Shown piece by piece: positions 52,789-64,000 of a stretch of 64,000 nucleotides of DNA; the stretch's first letter is position 1, and each line of letters starts with the position of its first letter. This stretch comes from Mobula hypostoma (lineage: Eukaryota). The position numbers and the translations under genes are program-made. The stretch covers positions 119,724,001-119,788,000 of the forward strand of contig NC_086097.1 of NCBI RefSeq assembly GCF_963921235.1. The letters are read 5' to 3'. A model generated the notes under the pieces. That model searched no databases. It had not been told where the DNA came from and saw nothing but the letters and a program-made list of their open reading frames with translations.

Positions 52789-52990
52789 CCACACATTTTA
52801 ATTCCACATCCCATTCCCATTCTGACATGTCTATCCACGGCCTCCTCTACTGTAAAGATGAAGCCACACTCAGGTTGGAGGAACAGCACCTTATATTCCG
52901 TCTGGGTAGCCTCCAACCTGATGGCATGAACATCGACTTCTCTAACTTCCGCTAAGGCCCCACCTCTCCCTCGTACCCCATCTGTTATTT
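52789..52990 (+). mobile_element. Penelope-like GIY-YIG C-terminal fragment abutting the LTR
   Basis: THFNSTSHSHSDMSIHGLLYCKDEATLRLEEQHLIFRLGSLQPDGMNIDFSNFR*. Confidence 0.85.
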
Positions 52991-53460
52991 ACTTCAGTGT
53001 CATTTCACATTACTACAGAAATTCAAAGTAAGGTGAATTCAAAGTAAATTTATTATCAAAGTACATATACATACCATATATTACCATGAGATTCATTTTC
53101 TTACAGGCATTCACAATATATTACAGAAATATAATAAAAATCAATGAAAAACTACACATGAAGACTGGTATACAACCAATGTGCAAAAGGCAAACTGAGC
53201 AAATAGAAATAAAGTCAAATATTAATGATAAACAAGTAAGCAAATGAACAATATTGAGGACACGATTTGTAGAGTGCTTGAAAGTGGGTCCCTAGGTTAT
53301 GGAATCAGTTCATTATAGAGATGAGTGAAGATGTCCCATGCTGGTTCTGGAACCTAATGGTTGACTATTTAATAACTGTTTCTGAACCTGGATATATAGG
53401 ACTCAGGGCTCCTGTATCTCATTCCCAATGGCAGCAGCGAGAAGATGGCATGACCTAGAT

Positions 53461-53540
53461 CAGAGGTTCCCAACCGTTTTTATGCCATGGACCAATACCA
53501 TTAAGCAAGTCATCCATAGGCCCCAGGTTGGGAAACCCTG
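53461..53540. mobile_element. 80-bp hAT MITE
   Basis: TIRs cagaggttcccaacc / ggttgggaaaccctg; 8-bp TSD acctagat / gcctagat. Confidence 0.8.
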
Positions 53541-54314
53541 GCCTAGATGGTGGGTGCCCTTGTTTGTGAATGCTGCATTCTTACACCAGCGGTCAATGGA
53601 GGGGAGGGCTTTTCAATGATGGACTAGCCCTGTGACAAAATTCAATAAAGAAAATTGATTACACTGACAAAGAGTTTGCTCCCTGAATATTTTTAGGTGT
53701 ATCTTATGGATTTTGGGATGATCATGAAAATGATCATGAATGGAGTCCCATTGGCACGGGACTCCATTTCCTCCCCTCACCATATTCCAGCCACAACAAA
53801 GACTCAACTGCCAATGACCTTCTGAACAATTCATTCTTCCTGAAAACTAACTGACACAATTCTACAGTCAAAAGCATGCAACTAAAATCTGCAAAGAGAT
53901 GAAAATTACTGAACCGTGTAACTAACACATCCATTGAGAGGCAATGGAATTTCTGGGCAATTGCTTCTCTACTTTGATGTCATCTTATTGGTAGATGGAA
54001 TTGTCATCACATAATTCCTGAGGCATGTGAAAATACCTTTTTGTTGTGCTGGTTCTCTGTTAATTATTAAAATGATGTGCACTATATTCTTTGCTAATTT
54101 TACATCATTTCAAATCTAGCAGTTCTCAGATACAGTATTTCACAAATGGATTAGAATTATGAGCATTAACACGTCAAAGAGATTCCAACTTTCCTTTGAT
54201 ATTTGCCATTAGTTGTGGCCTCTTCTTCCCAGAGTCAATCACCAAGATCTACTGGTACATTGAATTGACCTGTCTTTTTATTTTGTCCCTTAGAATTGAC
54301 GACAATTTGCTTAC

Positions 54315-54770
54315 AGAATCAGAATCTGGTTTATTATCACTAATACATGTCATGAAATTTATTGTTTTGCAGAGGCAATGCAGTGCAATACTTTAAAAAA
54401 ATACATAATTAATGAACATTTAACAAGTAGTGCAAAACAAAAGAGCAAAATAGTGAAGTAGTGTTCATGAACCATACAGAAATCTGATAGTAGAGGGGAA
54501 GAAACTGCTCTTAAAACATTGAATGAGGATCTTCAGGCTCCCATGTCTCCTGTGATAGTTGTAATGAGAATAGGATATGTCCTGGATGGCGAGTCTCCTG
54601 AACGATGGATGCCTCCCTTTTTGAGACATTGCCTTTTGAAGATGTCCAGGATGGTAGGGAGGCTATTTCCCATGATGGAACTGACCAAGTTTACAAGATT
54701 CCCCATCTTTTTTCCAATCCTGTGCATTGGCACCACTATAGCAAATTTTGAAGCAAACAGTCAGAAATCT
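54315..54770 (-). mobile_element. Rex1/Babar 3' fragment (another at about 53030-53640)
   Basis: VNLVSSIMGNSLPTILDIFKRQCLKKG; tail agaatcagaatctggtttatt. Confidence 0.6.
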
Positions 54771-56282
54771 CTTAGAAGACCATAGGACATAAGAGCATTA
54801 GGCCATTCAACCCATTAAGCCTGCTCCACCGTTTGATCATGGTTGATCCATTTCCCTCTTAACTTCATTCTCCTGTCTTTACCCCATAACCTTTCACATA
54901 TTGATAAATTCTTAATAAATTAAGCTCCACTTTAAACACCTGGCCTCTACTACTATATGTGGCAACAAATTCCATAGATTCACCACACTCTGACTAAAGA
55001 AATCCTTTCTCATCTGTTTTAAATGTACATCCATTTATTCTGAGCTTATGCTTTCTTCTCCTAAACTCCACCACCATAGGAAACATCCTGTCCACATCCA
55101 CACTATCTAGGCCCTTCAACATTCGATAGGAATTTAGAAGAATGAGGGGGATCTCACTGAATCCTATGAGTACAGACCCAGAGCAATCAAATACTCCTGA
55201 CATGATATGCCCAGCATCTTTTTCGTGAACCTCCTTTGAACCCCCTCCAGTGTCACCACATCCTTTCATAAATAAGGGGCTCAAGCTCATAACACTCAAG
55301 TGAGGTCTTACCAGTGCCTTAACACTTCAGTATTACATCCTGGTTTTCATATTCTAGTTATCTTGAAATGATTCCTAAAATTGCATTTGTCTTCCTCATC
55401 ACTGACTCAACTTGCAAGTTAATCTTTAGGGAATCCAGCACAAGGACTCCTAGGTCAATTTGACCTTGGATTTTTGAATTTTCTCCATTTAGAAAATAGT
55501 CTAAGCTTTTATTCCTACTACCAAAGTGCATGACGATACACAACTTAGCACCGTATTCTAATCACCACTTCTTTGACCATTCACCTAATCTGTCTGAATC
55601 CTTCTGCAGTTTCCCGGCTTCCTCAACATAACCTATTTTCACATCATCTGTAAACATGGCTGCAAAGTCATCAATTCTGTCACGCAAATCATTGACATAC
55701 AACATGAAAAGAAGTAGTCCTAAAACTGGTGCCTTCAGGGAATCACTAGTCACCAACAGCCAAACAGAAAAGGCTCCCTTTATTCCCACTCTTTGCCTCC
55801 TGTCAATCAATCAAAGCTCTATCCATGTGATGTTTCCTATCAAAGACCTTCTGAAAATCCGAGTACACATGCCAGAATCTAATGATTCTTGAAAGATCAT
55901 TATTAATGTCTTCACAATCTCTTCTGCTATCTTTCAGAACCCTGGAGAATAGTTCATCTGGTCCAAATGACTTACCTAAATTCAGTCCTTCAGTGTCCCA
56001 AGCATTCTCCCTAGTAATAGCAACTGCACTTCCACCCCCTGATATTGTCAAACTTCTGGTATACTGCTAGTGTATTCCAATGAACACTGATACAAGATAC
56101 TTATTCAGATCGTCCCCCTTTACTACCTCTCCGGCATCATTTTCCAGTGTCTGATATCTATTCTTGCCTCTCTTTGATACTATTGGCTAGCTTACCTTCA
56201 TATTTCAACTTTTTCCTCTTTATGGTTTTTTTTAAGTTGCCTTTTGTTGGTTTTTAAAAACTTCCAAACCTTCCCTCCTAAA

Positions 56283-57725
56283 TGGAGTTTAGGAGATGAT
56301 GGTGCCTAACGGCAACTCCTTTGCTTACATCTTCAGAAACAGCTCTATTTCTATCTTTAATATCTCTATTTTTCCCTTTCAGGGTTCTCTTGAAGACTCT
56401 GCCCTGCAGTTAAATGCTGCCTTCAGTTCTTTGTGGAAATGGGACCCGTTCTCGGGGTCTCACAACTGGCTGCTATTCAATATACCAAGGACCCGGCCTA
56501 GAAGACTAGCACGCCTTCAGGGTTCTTATATTTCATGGCTCTGGAGGTGGGCAGACTCGAGGTCAGTGCCTCAGCAGGAAATCCGTGTCGTGGGAGATGG
56601 AAGATTGAAAGCAGCGAGCTGGCTGCCGGCTGTGTGCCCAGAGACCCAAGTTCTTTGGGCACAGAGCTTGGAAAAAGCGACAGAACGGACTTTTAACATC
56701 GTAAATCAGCGAGTTGTTTGTTATGTTCTGTAGCCTAGGGAAAAATACACAAGCAGGACAACAAATACTTTTTCTGGTCTTAAATTCCTTTATCTGTTTT
56801 AAATGCTTTATTGTAGAAGGAGTGTATCAAAATAAAAACCACAAAATAATTTTTTAAAAATGATTCCCGCTATTACAAACTCTGCTTTACTTCGGACCAC
56901 AACCTTGTACATATGCACTATGAAAATAACTAAACCAAAATATACAGTAACAATACAGTACTGGCAATTATTTGGCACCCATGTACTTAGCTTCCAAATA
57001 CATATAGGCTAGACCTTGAAATGAGTTCTCCTCACTCACGTTGGTAGCTTGATGAGGGAACATCACAATTACGCTATCCAGCACTAATCAATTTACTCAC
57101 AAAAATCTTTCCTCACCAAACCTAGGAAGAGCATTCGAACATTGTTTTCTCTAGAACACGGCAACTCTTCGTTCTACTCCACCCATGCAAGATGACATCA
57201 ACGTTTTCTCTTAAAGGCACAGGCAGCTATTTTGGCATTACCAAGCTGAATACAAGTGCACTCTAACAATAAAAAAATGACATTCAACGGTCATCTGGTT
57301 ACATACGTCTCCCCTCTCACTGTGAAATGGAGACACTTCTTTCTCCCTTATTAGGGGGAGAGTGAGAGAGAGAGAGAGAGAGGCGGAGAGAGAGCCTGTG
57401 GTATATTGAATTACCGGGTAAATGAGTAGTCTTTAGGGTACTGCAAGTCTGTGTCTTTATTGATGCTTTGTTCAATGCTTGAGTGCTCGGTGATTGGCGC
57501 CGATACTTTTTTTGCTTGTGGGGGAGGGGGGATCGTTGCTTTGCTGCTGCTTACATGTGGGAGCGGGGAGCTGGGGTGGTGCTTTGGGTTTCTAACATTT
57601 AACTGTCATTCATTCCTTGGGGCACTCCTCTGTTTTCGTGGATGGTTGCGATAAAAAGAATCCCAGGATGAATATTGTATACACTTCTGACATTAAATGC
57701 ACCTCTAAAACCTTAGAAACCCTTT
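56283..57725 (+). mobile_element. Non-coding retroposon copy 2 (homolog of 22335-23165), with a 575-bp insert
   Basis: Shared 5' ggcaactcctttgcttacatcttcagaaacagctct and 3' ggatgaatattgtatacacttctgacattaaatg. Confidence 0.7.
56729..57303 (-). mobile_element. Candidate solo LTR
   Basis: Absent from copy 1; ends tgtagcc...ggttaca; AATAAA on the minus strand near 56810; flanks tatgt/tacgt. Confidence 0.5.
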
Positions 57726-59129
57726 AGCTTCCCACTAATTTTTTTTTCTATTATATGCCCTCTCTTTTGCTTTTTTGTTGGCTTTAACTTCCCTTGTCAG
57801 CCACAGTTCCATCATGCTGCCTTTAGAGTTCTACTACTTCTTTGGGATGTATCTATCTTGCGCCTTCCGAATTCCTCCCGGAAACTCCAACCATTGCTGC
57901 TCTGCTGTCATTCCTGCTAGTATCCCCATCCAATCAACTTCGGTCAGCTCCCCCCTCATGCCTCTGTGTTTCCCTTTACTCCACTTTAATACTGATACAT
58001 CTGACTTTAGCTTCTCCTTCACAAATTTCAGGGTAAATTTGTTCATATTATTATCATTTATCCCCAAGGGTTCTTTTACCTAAAGCTTCCAAATCAAATC
58101 TGGTTCATTACATAACACCCAATGTAGAACAGCTGCATCCCTAAGGGGCTCTACCACAAGCTGCTCTAAAAACCCATCTCATTGGCTTTCTACAAATTCT
58201 CTCTCTTGGGATCCAAAAATCAGCACCAACCTAGTTGCATATTGAAATCCAGCATGACAATTGTAACATTGCCCTTTTGCCATGCATTTCTCTCTCCATT
58301 GTAATTTGTAACCCACAGCCTGGCTACTATTCAGAAGCCTGTATATAACTCCCATCAGGATCTTTTTTACCTTTGCGGTTCCTTAACTCTACCTTAAATG
58401 ATTGCACATCTTCCAATCCTATGCACCTCTTTGTAATGATTTTATTTTATTTTATTTTTTACCAAGAAAGCCACATCACCCCTTCTGCCTGCCTGCCCGC
58501 CCTTTCAATACAATGTGTATCCTTGCATATTAAGCTCCCAACTATAACCCTTTCAGCCATGACTCAGTGATGCCCACAATGTTATACTTACCAATCTCTA
58601 TCTGTGTTATAAAATAATCTACCTTATTCCCTATACTGGATGCATTCAAATATCACATCTCTATTTAAATATCTTGTACTTGTCACCCTTTTTGATTTGC
58701 CCCCTGTTAAAATCTAAGTATTTATTGGGACATTTGCAAGGTAGCATTTTTTTAATCAAACCCCAATAAAATGAAAGACACCAGAAATATCAGCAGTCTC
58801 TGTTTGTTATGAATAGCATGGCTGATGGCATTGATTACTCTATTGAGGCAGCTCCTAAAGATGCAATCCTAATGTGAACAATCTATCAGTTTAATTGAAG
58901 TTTGATGACCTCATCTTCGTTCTGCATAACTGCATATGCCAAAAGTATCAATGACTTAATTCTCAGGACAATATAAATTCAAGTGGCTAATTAAGTCTTC
59001 ATATTAGAAATGTGAATAATTTTAAGTATAATCCAAGCAACTATTTACATATCTCATGGACTGTGAACTTAGAAAATAATGCCACAATCAATGAGTTAAA
59101 TAGGTTGTAAAACTCTTGGCTGCTATCTA

Positions 59130-59345
59130 AACACAAGAGATTCTGCAGATGCTGGAAATCCATAGTAACACAGACAAAATGCCAGAGAAACTCAGCAGTG
59201 AGGCAATATCTATGGAGGAAAATAAACCATCAGCAATTGGGCCAAAACACTTCATCCGGTCTTGATGAAGGGTCTTGGGCTGAAACATCCCTTCAATAGA
59301 TGCTACCTGACCTGATGACTTCTTCCAGCATGTGGTATGTTTTGT
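59130..59345. mobile_element. Inverted pair of Penelope-like termini
   Basis: Antisense terminus then sense terminus, centred on cttcatccggtcttgatgaag. Confidence 0.6.
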
Positions 59346-60054
59346 CTACCATCTTTGTGAAGAAATCAGATTCAATCCAGAATTATTTTCTCGAGGTTGT
59401 AGATGTCTATTGCAATGTTCGCCATTAGTAAACGCATAATTGTTAAAATGTAGAAGACAAAAAGCCCATATATTAAAAAATATGTAAACTATGTCTTCAG
59501 CTGACAACATGCTGGATCAAGACAAACCTCTGAAGCATCCTGCAGCCATAATCCTTTCGTCCTCTAAAGGTAGGTTCCACCCCAAAGACCTGGAGCTGAA
59601 ACATTACTCCTTCAGTAGTTCTCAGGATGACGATTATGTTCTGAACAATACCAGGTCAAAATATCTTTTGATACCTTCAGCTCATTGCTCAGAGCAAGAC
59701 AATTTTATGTCTCTGTAATGCATTCTAATTGTGTAACCGAACATGGAGACTAATTTTAATTCTACTCACCGGCAGAAACCAGGTAGAAGGCTAAATAATT
59801 TCAGTCAGTTATCGTTAAGACTCAGTGGTTTGTAATTTTAAATTTTTATTATTGAATATGCTTAAGGAAATCTATCCAGTGTGGTTCCACTGATGTTATT
59901 AGAAACCCAAGTGAAATTTTCCACACCAGCAGCAAAAGTAAGAAGCTTGTGTAAAACTGTTGGGTCAATCCAATAAGGAAGAGGAGTGGAGCCTGAAGGG
60001 TTTTAGAAAGAAAGATTTTAAATGCAATAGATTCTTCGGATGTTGGACATCCAG

Positions 60055-60360
60055 AGCAACACAAGCAAAACACTGGAGGAACTCAACAGGGCAGGCATCA
60101 TCTATAGAGAGAAATAAACAGTTGGTGTTTTGGGCTGACACCTTTCATCAGAGCTGGAAAGAAGGAGGAGAGGAGAATGAGTACAAGCTGGCAAGTGACA
60201 GGTCAAACCAGGTGAGGGGAAAGGTAGTAGGGTTGGAGTGGAGGGATGAAGTGGGAAGCTGGAAAGTGATAGGTTGGAAGAGGTAAAGGGCTGAAGGAGG
60301 AATCTGATGGAAGAAAACAGTGCACTATGGAAGAAAGGGAAGGAGAAAGGACACCGAAGG
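60055..60360 (-). mobile_element. Penelope-like terminus and UTR
   Basis: ctggaggaactcaacagggcaggcatcatctatag..cctttcatcag. Confidence 0.6.
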
Positions 60361-60379
60361 AAGGCATATTGGACAGTAA

Positions 60380-60543
60380 CCTTGCCATTTCTTTAGCATT
60401 TTTGTCTGATTTTTTACGAGGCAGATTTGTTAGCTCAACATTCAACCCAGCATGGATGTAAAGTGTATAAGGAGCCAGCTGGATTCAAACCCAGGACTAC
60501 TTGCCTCAGAGTCCAGTGCAGAAGCACTACACCAATGGCCGGC
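60380..60543 (-). mobile_element. tRNA-headed SINE
   Basis: Minus strand gccggccattggtgtagtg..cctgggtttgaatccagctgg (A and B boxes). Confidence 0.55.
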
Positions 60544-61094
60544 AATAAGCCACCATTAATACTATACTTCAATTGCTATAACTTGATCAAAGTCAGTCAC
60601 ACAGGGAAGGCGTATGAAAGATTCAAGTGACATCAATGCCCTAGGAGATGATTCTGAGGAACACAATGCTTAACAGAGTATGTGAAGGGAGAAAGGTTGA
60701 ACTGCATCTGGACTGAGGTAAACCGCACCTGGATTGGTGCATCGCAGGGTTCGAGAAATGAAAACATCTCAATATTAAGTGCTAATATGCTTTGTCACAA
60801 CTTGAGTTATTGCAACCAGCCTGAGAGAGTGATCTGCAACACTGACACCGAAAACACAATTGTGATGTGCCTCTCATAAATTTCTAGTTTCTTTTACCAC
60901 AAAGTCAATGACCAGTCTCTGAATGACAACCAGGTTTGATTTGAATTTAGCCACTTTGCAAACAAATACAGCACATTTCTGTTGCCATAGTATCTTGAAC
61001 ATATGGGAAGTTCTCAGGAAGCAAAGACAATCTGAGGCTTGAAGCAGCAGAGGATCTTGGAAAAAAATCATTACTATTATTCAGTCAGAGCATT

Positions 61095-61200
61095 ATGACC
61101 TGAAGAAAGGTCTCAGTCTGAAACATTGACTGTTTACTCTTTTCCATAGGTGCTGCCTGACCTGCTGAGTTCCTCCTGCATTTTGTGCATGTTGTTTGGT
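61095..61200 (+). mobile_element. Penelope-like terminus with hammerhead-like motif
   Basis: cctgaagaaaggtctcagtctgaaacattgactg..gctgcctgacctgctgagttcctcc. Confidence 0.65.
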
Positions 61201-61534
61201 ATGTAAATTTAACTGGAGAAGGGAGAGAAATTTGCTTCTTGCTTCCTCGAGTTTCATGGAAGCCCTCTAATAATTATTGATTTACTTACCGATTGTGAGT
61301 TATTGAAGTTATCAAGATCTGAAATGTATTTTCTCAACATTAAGCCACATATCAATTCCTGGATTTGTCTAAGCAGTCATATAAGAGAGGCTTCAGAAAG
61401 GGAATTGTTGATTACAATATGATTTTAAACCTCATCCATTGTAGACTGCACAACAAATATTGTTGCCTGTTAATTTGTATCAGACATGTAAACCGTATTA
61501 GCTGGAGTATTGATCTCCAGGGCAGCCCATGTCA

Positions 61535-63925
61535 TATAACCATAAAACCATATAACAATTACAGCACGGAAACAGGACATTTCAGCCCTTCTAGTCCATG
61601 CGGAATGCTTACTCTCACCTAGTCCCACTGACCTGCACTCTGCCCATAACCCTCCATTCCTTTCCTGTGCATATACCTATCCAATTTTTCTTTAAATGAC
61701 AATATCGAACCTGCCTCTACCACTTCTGCTGGAAGCTCGTCCCACACAGCCACAACTCTCTGAGTAAAGAAGTTCCCCCTCGTATTACCCCTAAACTTTT
61801 GCCCCCTAACTCTCAACTCATGTCCTCTTGTTTGAATCTCCCCCACTCTCAATGGAAAAAGCCTATCTACTTCAACTCTATCACCCACATAATTTTAAAT
61901 ACCTCTATCAAGTCCCCCCTCAACCTTCTACGTTCCAAAAAATGAAGACCTAACTTGTTCAACCTTTCTCTGTAACTCAGGTGATGAAACCCAGGTAACA
62001 TTCTAGTAAATCTTCTCTGTACTCTCTCTATTTTGTTGACATCTTTCCTAAAATTTGGTGACCAGAACTGTACACAATACTCCAAATTTGGCCTTTCCAA
62101 TGCCTTGTACAATTTTAACATAACATCCCAACTCCTGTACTCAAAGCTCTGATTTATAAAGGCCAGCACACCAAAAGTTTTCTTCGCCGTCCTATCCATA
62201 TGAGATTCCACCTTCAGAGAATTATGCACCATTATTCCTAGATCCCTCTGTTCTACAGCATTCTTCAATGCCCTACCATTTACCATGTATGTTCTATTTT
62301 GATTAGTCCTACCAAAATGTAGCACCTTACACTTATCAGCATTAAACTCTGTCTGCCATCTTTCAGCCCACTCTTCTAACTGGCCTAAATCTCTCTGCAA
62401 GCTTTGAAAACCTGCTTCATTATCCACAATGTCACCTATCTTAGTATCATCTGCATACTTACTGATCCAATTTACCACCCCATCATCTGGATCATTAATG
62501 TATATGACAAGCAACATTAGACCCAGTACAGATCCCTGAGGCACACCACAAGTCTCTGGCCTCCAACCTGACGAACAGTTGTCCACCACTACTCTCTGGC
62601 ATCTCCCATCGAGACACTGCTGAATCCATTTTACTACTTCAATATTAATACCTGATGATTGAACCTTCCATGTGGAACCTTGTCAAAGGCCTTACTGAAG
62701 TCCATATAGACAACATCCACTGCCTTACCCTCGTCAACTGTCCTAGTAACATCTTCAAAAAAATTCAATAAGATTTGTCAAACATAACCTTTCACACACA
62801 AATCCATGTTGACTGTTCCTAATCAGACCCTGTCTATCTAGATAATTATATATACCATCTCTAAGAATACTTTCCATTAATTTACCCACCACTGACATCA
62901 AACTTACAGGCCGATAATTGCTAGGTTTACTCTTTGAACCCTTTTTAAACAATGGAACAACTTGAGCAATACACTAATGCTCGGGCACCATTCCCGTTTC
63001 TAATGACATTTGAAATATTTCTGTCAGAGCCCCTGCTATTTCTACACTAACTTCCCACAAGGTCTTAGGGAATAAATATCCTGTCAGGACCCAGAGACTT
63101 ATCCACTTTTATATTCCTTAAAAGCACCAGTACTTCCTCTTCACTAATCATCATAGTTTCCATAACTTCCCTAATTGTTTCCCTTACCTTACATAATTCA
63201 ATATCCTTCTCCTTAGTGAATACCGAAGAAAAGAAATTGTTCAAAATCTCCCGCATCTCTTTAGGCTCCACACATAGCTGTCCACTCTGCTCTAAGGGAC
63301 CAATTTTATCCCTTACTATCCTTTTGCTATTAATATAACTGTAGAAACCCTTTGGATTTATTTTCACCTTACTTGCCAAAGCAACCTCGTATCTTCTTTT
63401 AGCTTTAATTTATTTCTTAAGATTCTTTTTACCTTCTTTATATTCCTCGAGCTCCTCATTTACTCCATGCTGCCTATATTTATTGTAGATATTTCTCTTT
63501 TTCTGAACCAAGTTTCCAATATCCCTTGAAAACTATGGCTCTCTCAAACTTTTAACCTTTCCTTTCAACCTAACAGGAACATAAAGATTTTGTACCCTCA
63601 AAATTTCACCTTTAAATGACCTCCATTTCTCTATTACATCCTTCCCATAAAACAATTTGTCCCAATCCACTCCTTCTAAATCCTTTCGCATCCCCTCAAA
63701 GTTAGCCTTTCTCCAATCAAAAATCTGGGTCCAGATCTATCCTTCTCCATAATTATATTGAAGCTAATGACATTGTGATCACTGGACTCGAGGTGCTCCC
63801 CAACACATACCTCCATCACCTGACCAATCTCATCCCCTAACAGGAGATCCAACACTGACCCTTCTCTAGTTGGTACCTCTATGTATTGCTGCACACATTT
63901 TACAAACTCCAAACCATCCAGCCTT
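61535..63925 (-). mobile_element. CR1 LINE, 5'-truncated (endonuclease end to 3' tail)
   Basis: LESSDHNVI, NYRPVSL, QHGFV, GVPQGSVLG, KYADDTK, RPNLEYCVQFWSP; tail atataaccataaaaccatataac. Confidence 0.93.
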
Positions 63926-63930
63926 TTTAC

Positions 63931-64000
63931 AGGATGAAGGCTCTCGGCCAGAAACGTCGACTGTACCTCTTCCTAGAGATGCTGCCTGGCCTGCTGCGTT
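63931..64000 (+). mobile_element. Penelope-like terminus, runs off the window
   Basis: gatgaaggctctcggccagaaacgtcgactgtacctcttcctagagatgctgcc; near-identical to the reverse complement of 15520-15590. Confidence 0.75.

Larger units (their letters stand above)
54780..58680 (-). mobile_element. Old, internally deleted CR1, interrupted at 56283-57725
   Basis: RRQRVGIKGAFS, YVNDL, FTDDVKI, GPDELFSRVLK, EVDWMGIL..EQQW. Confidence 0.75.

Noticed and set aside
59491..59718. 75-aa ORF as a host gene
   Set aside because: No recognisable domain or supporting gene structure.
60470..60543. tRNA gene
   Set aside because: Has A/B boxes but no convincing cloverleaf and continues into a SINE body.

Overview
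Eukaryotic, gene-poor DNA made almost entirely of transposable elements. The repeat mix (CR1, Rex1/Babar, RTE, L1, Penelope-like elements, tRNA-SINEs, hAT, Tc1, Gypsy) suggests a vertebrate, probably a cartilaginous fish; this is inference only. No host gene is convincingly visible. Main contents: (1) a three-layer nest, CR1 > hAT/Buster transposon > young CR1 (2.6-10.4 kb); (2) a complete Gypsy LTR element with no tRNA primer site and a perfect 15-bp LTR/leader inverted repeat, suggesting self-priming or poly(A)-signal occlusion (10.8-15.2 kb); (3) a full-length decayed L1 (17.0-22.3 kb); (4) a Rex1/Babar LINE; (5) two nested Gmr1-like (SCAN-gag) LTR elements whose pol has lost its catalytic cores through many deletions while the younger copy stays one open frame (42.9-52.8 kb); (6) about 10 Penelope-like termini carrying minimal hammerhead-ribozyme motifs. 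Boundaries come from TSDs, TIRs and LTRs read by eye; those of degenerate fragments are approximate.
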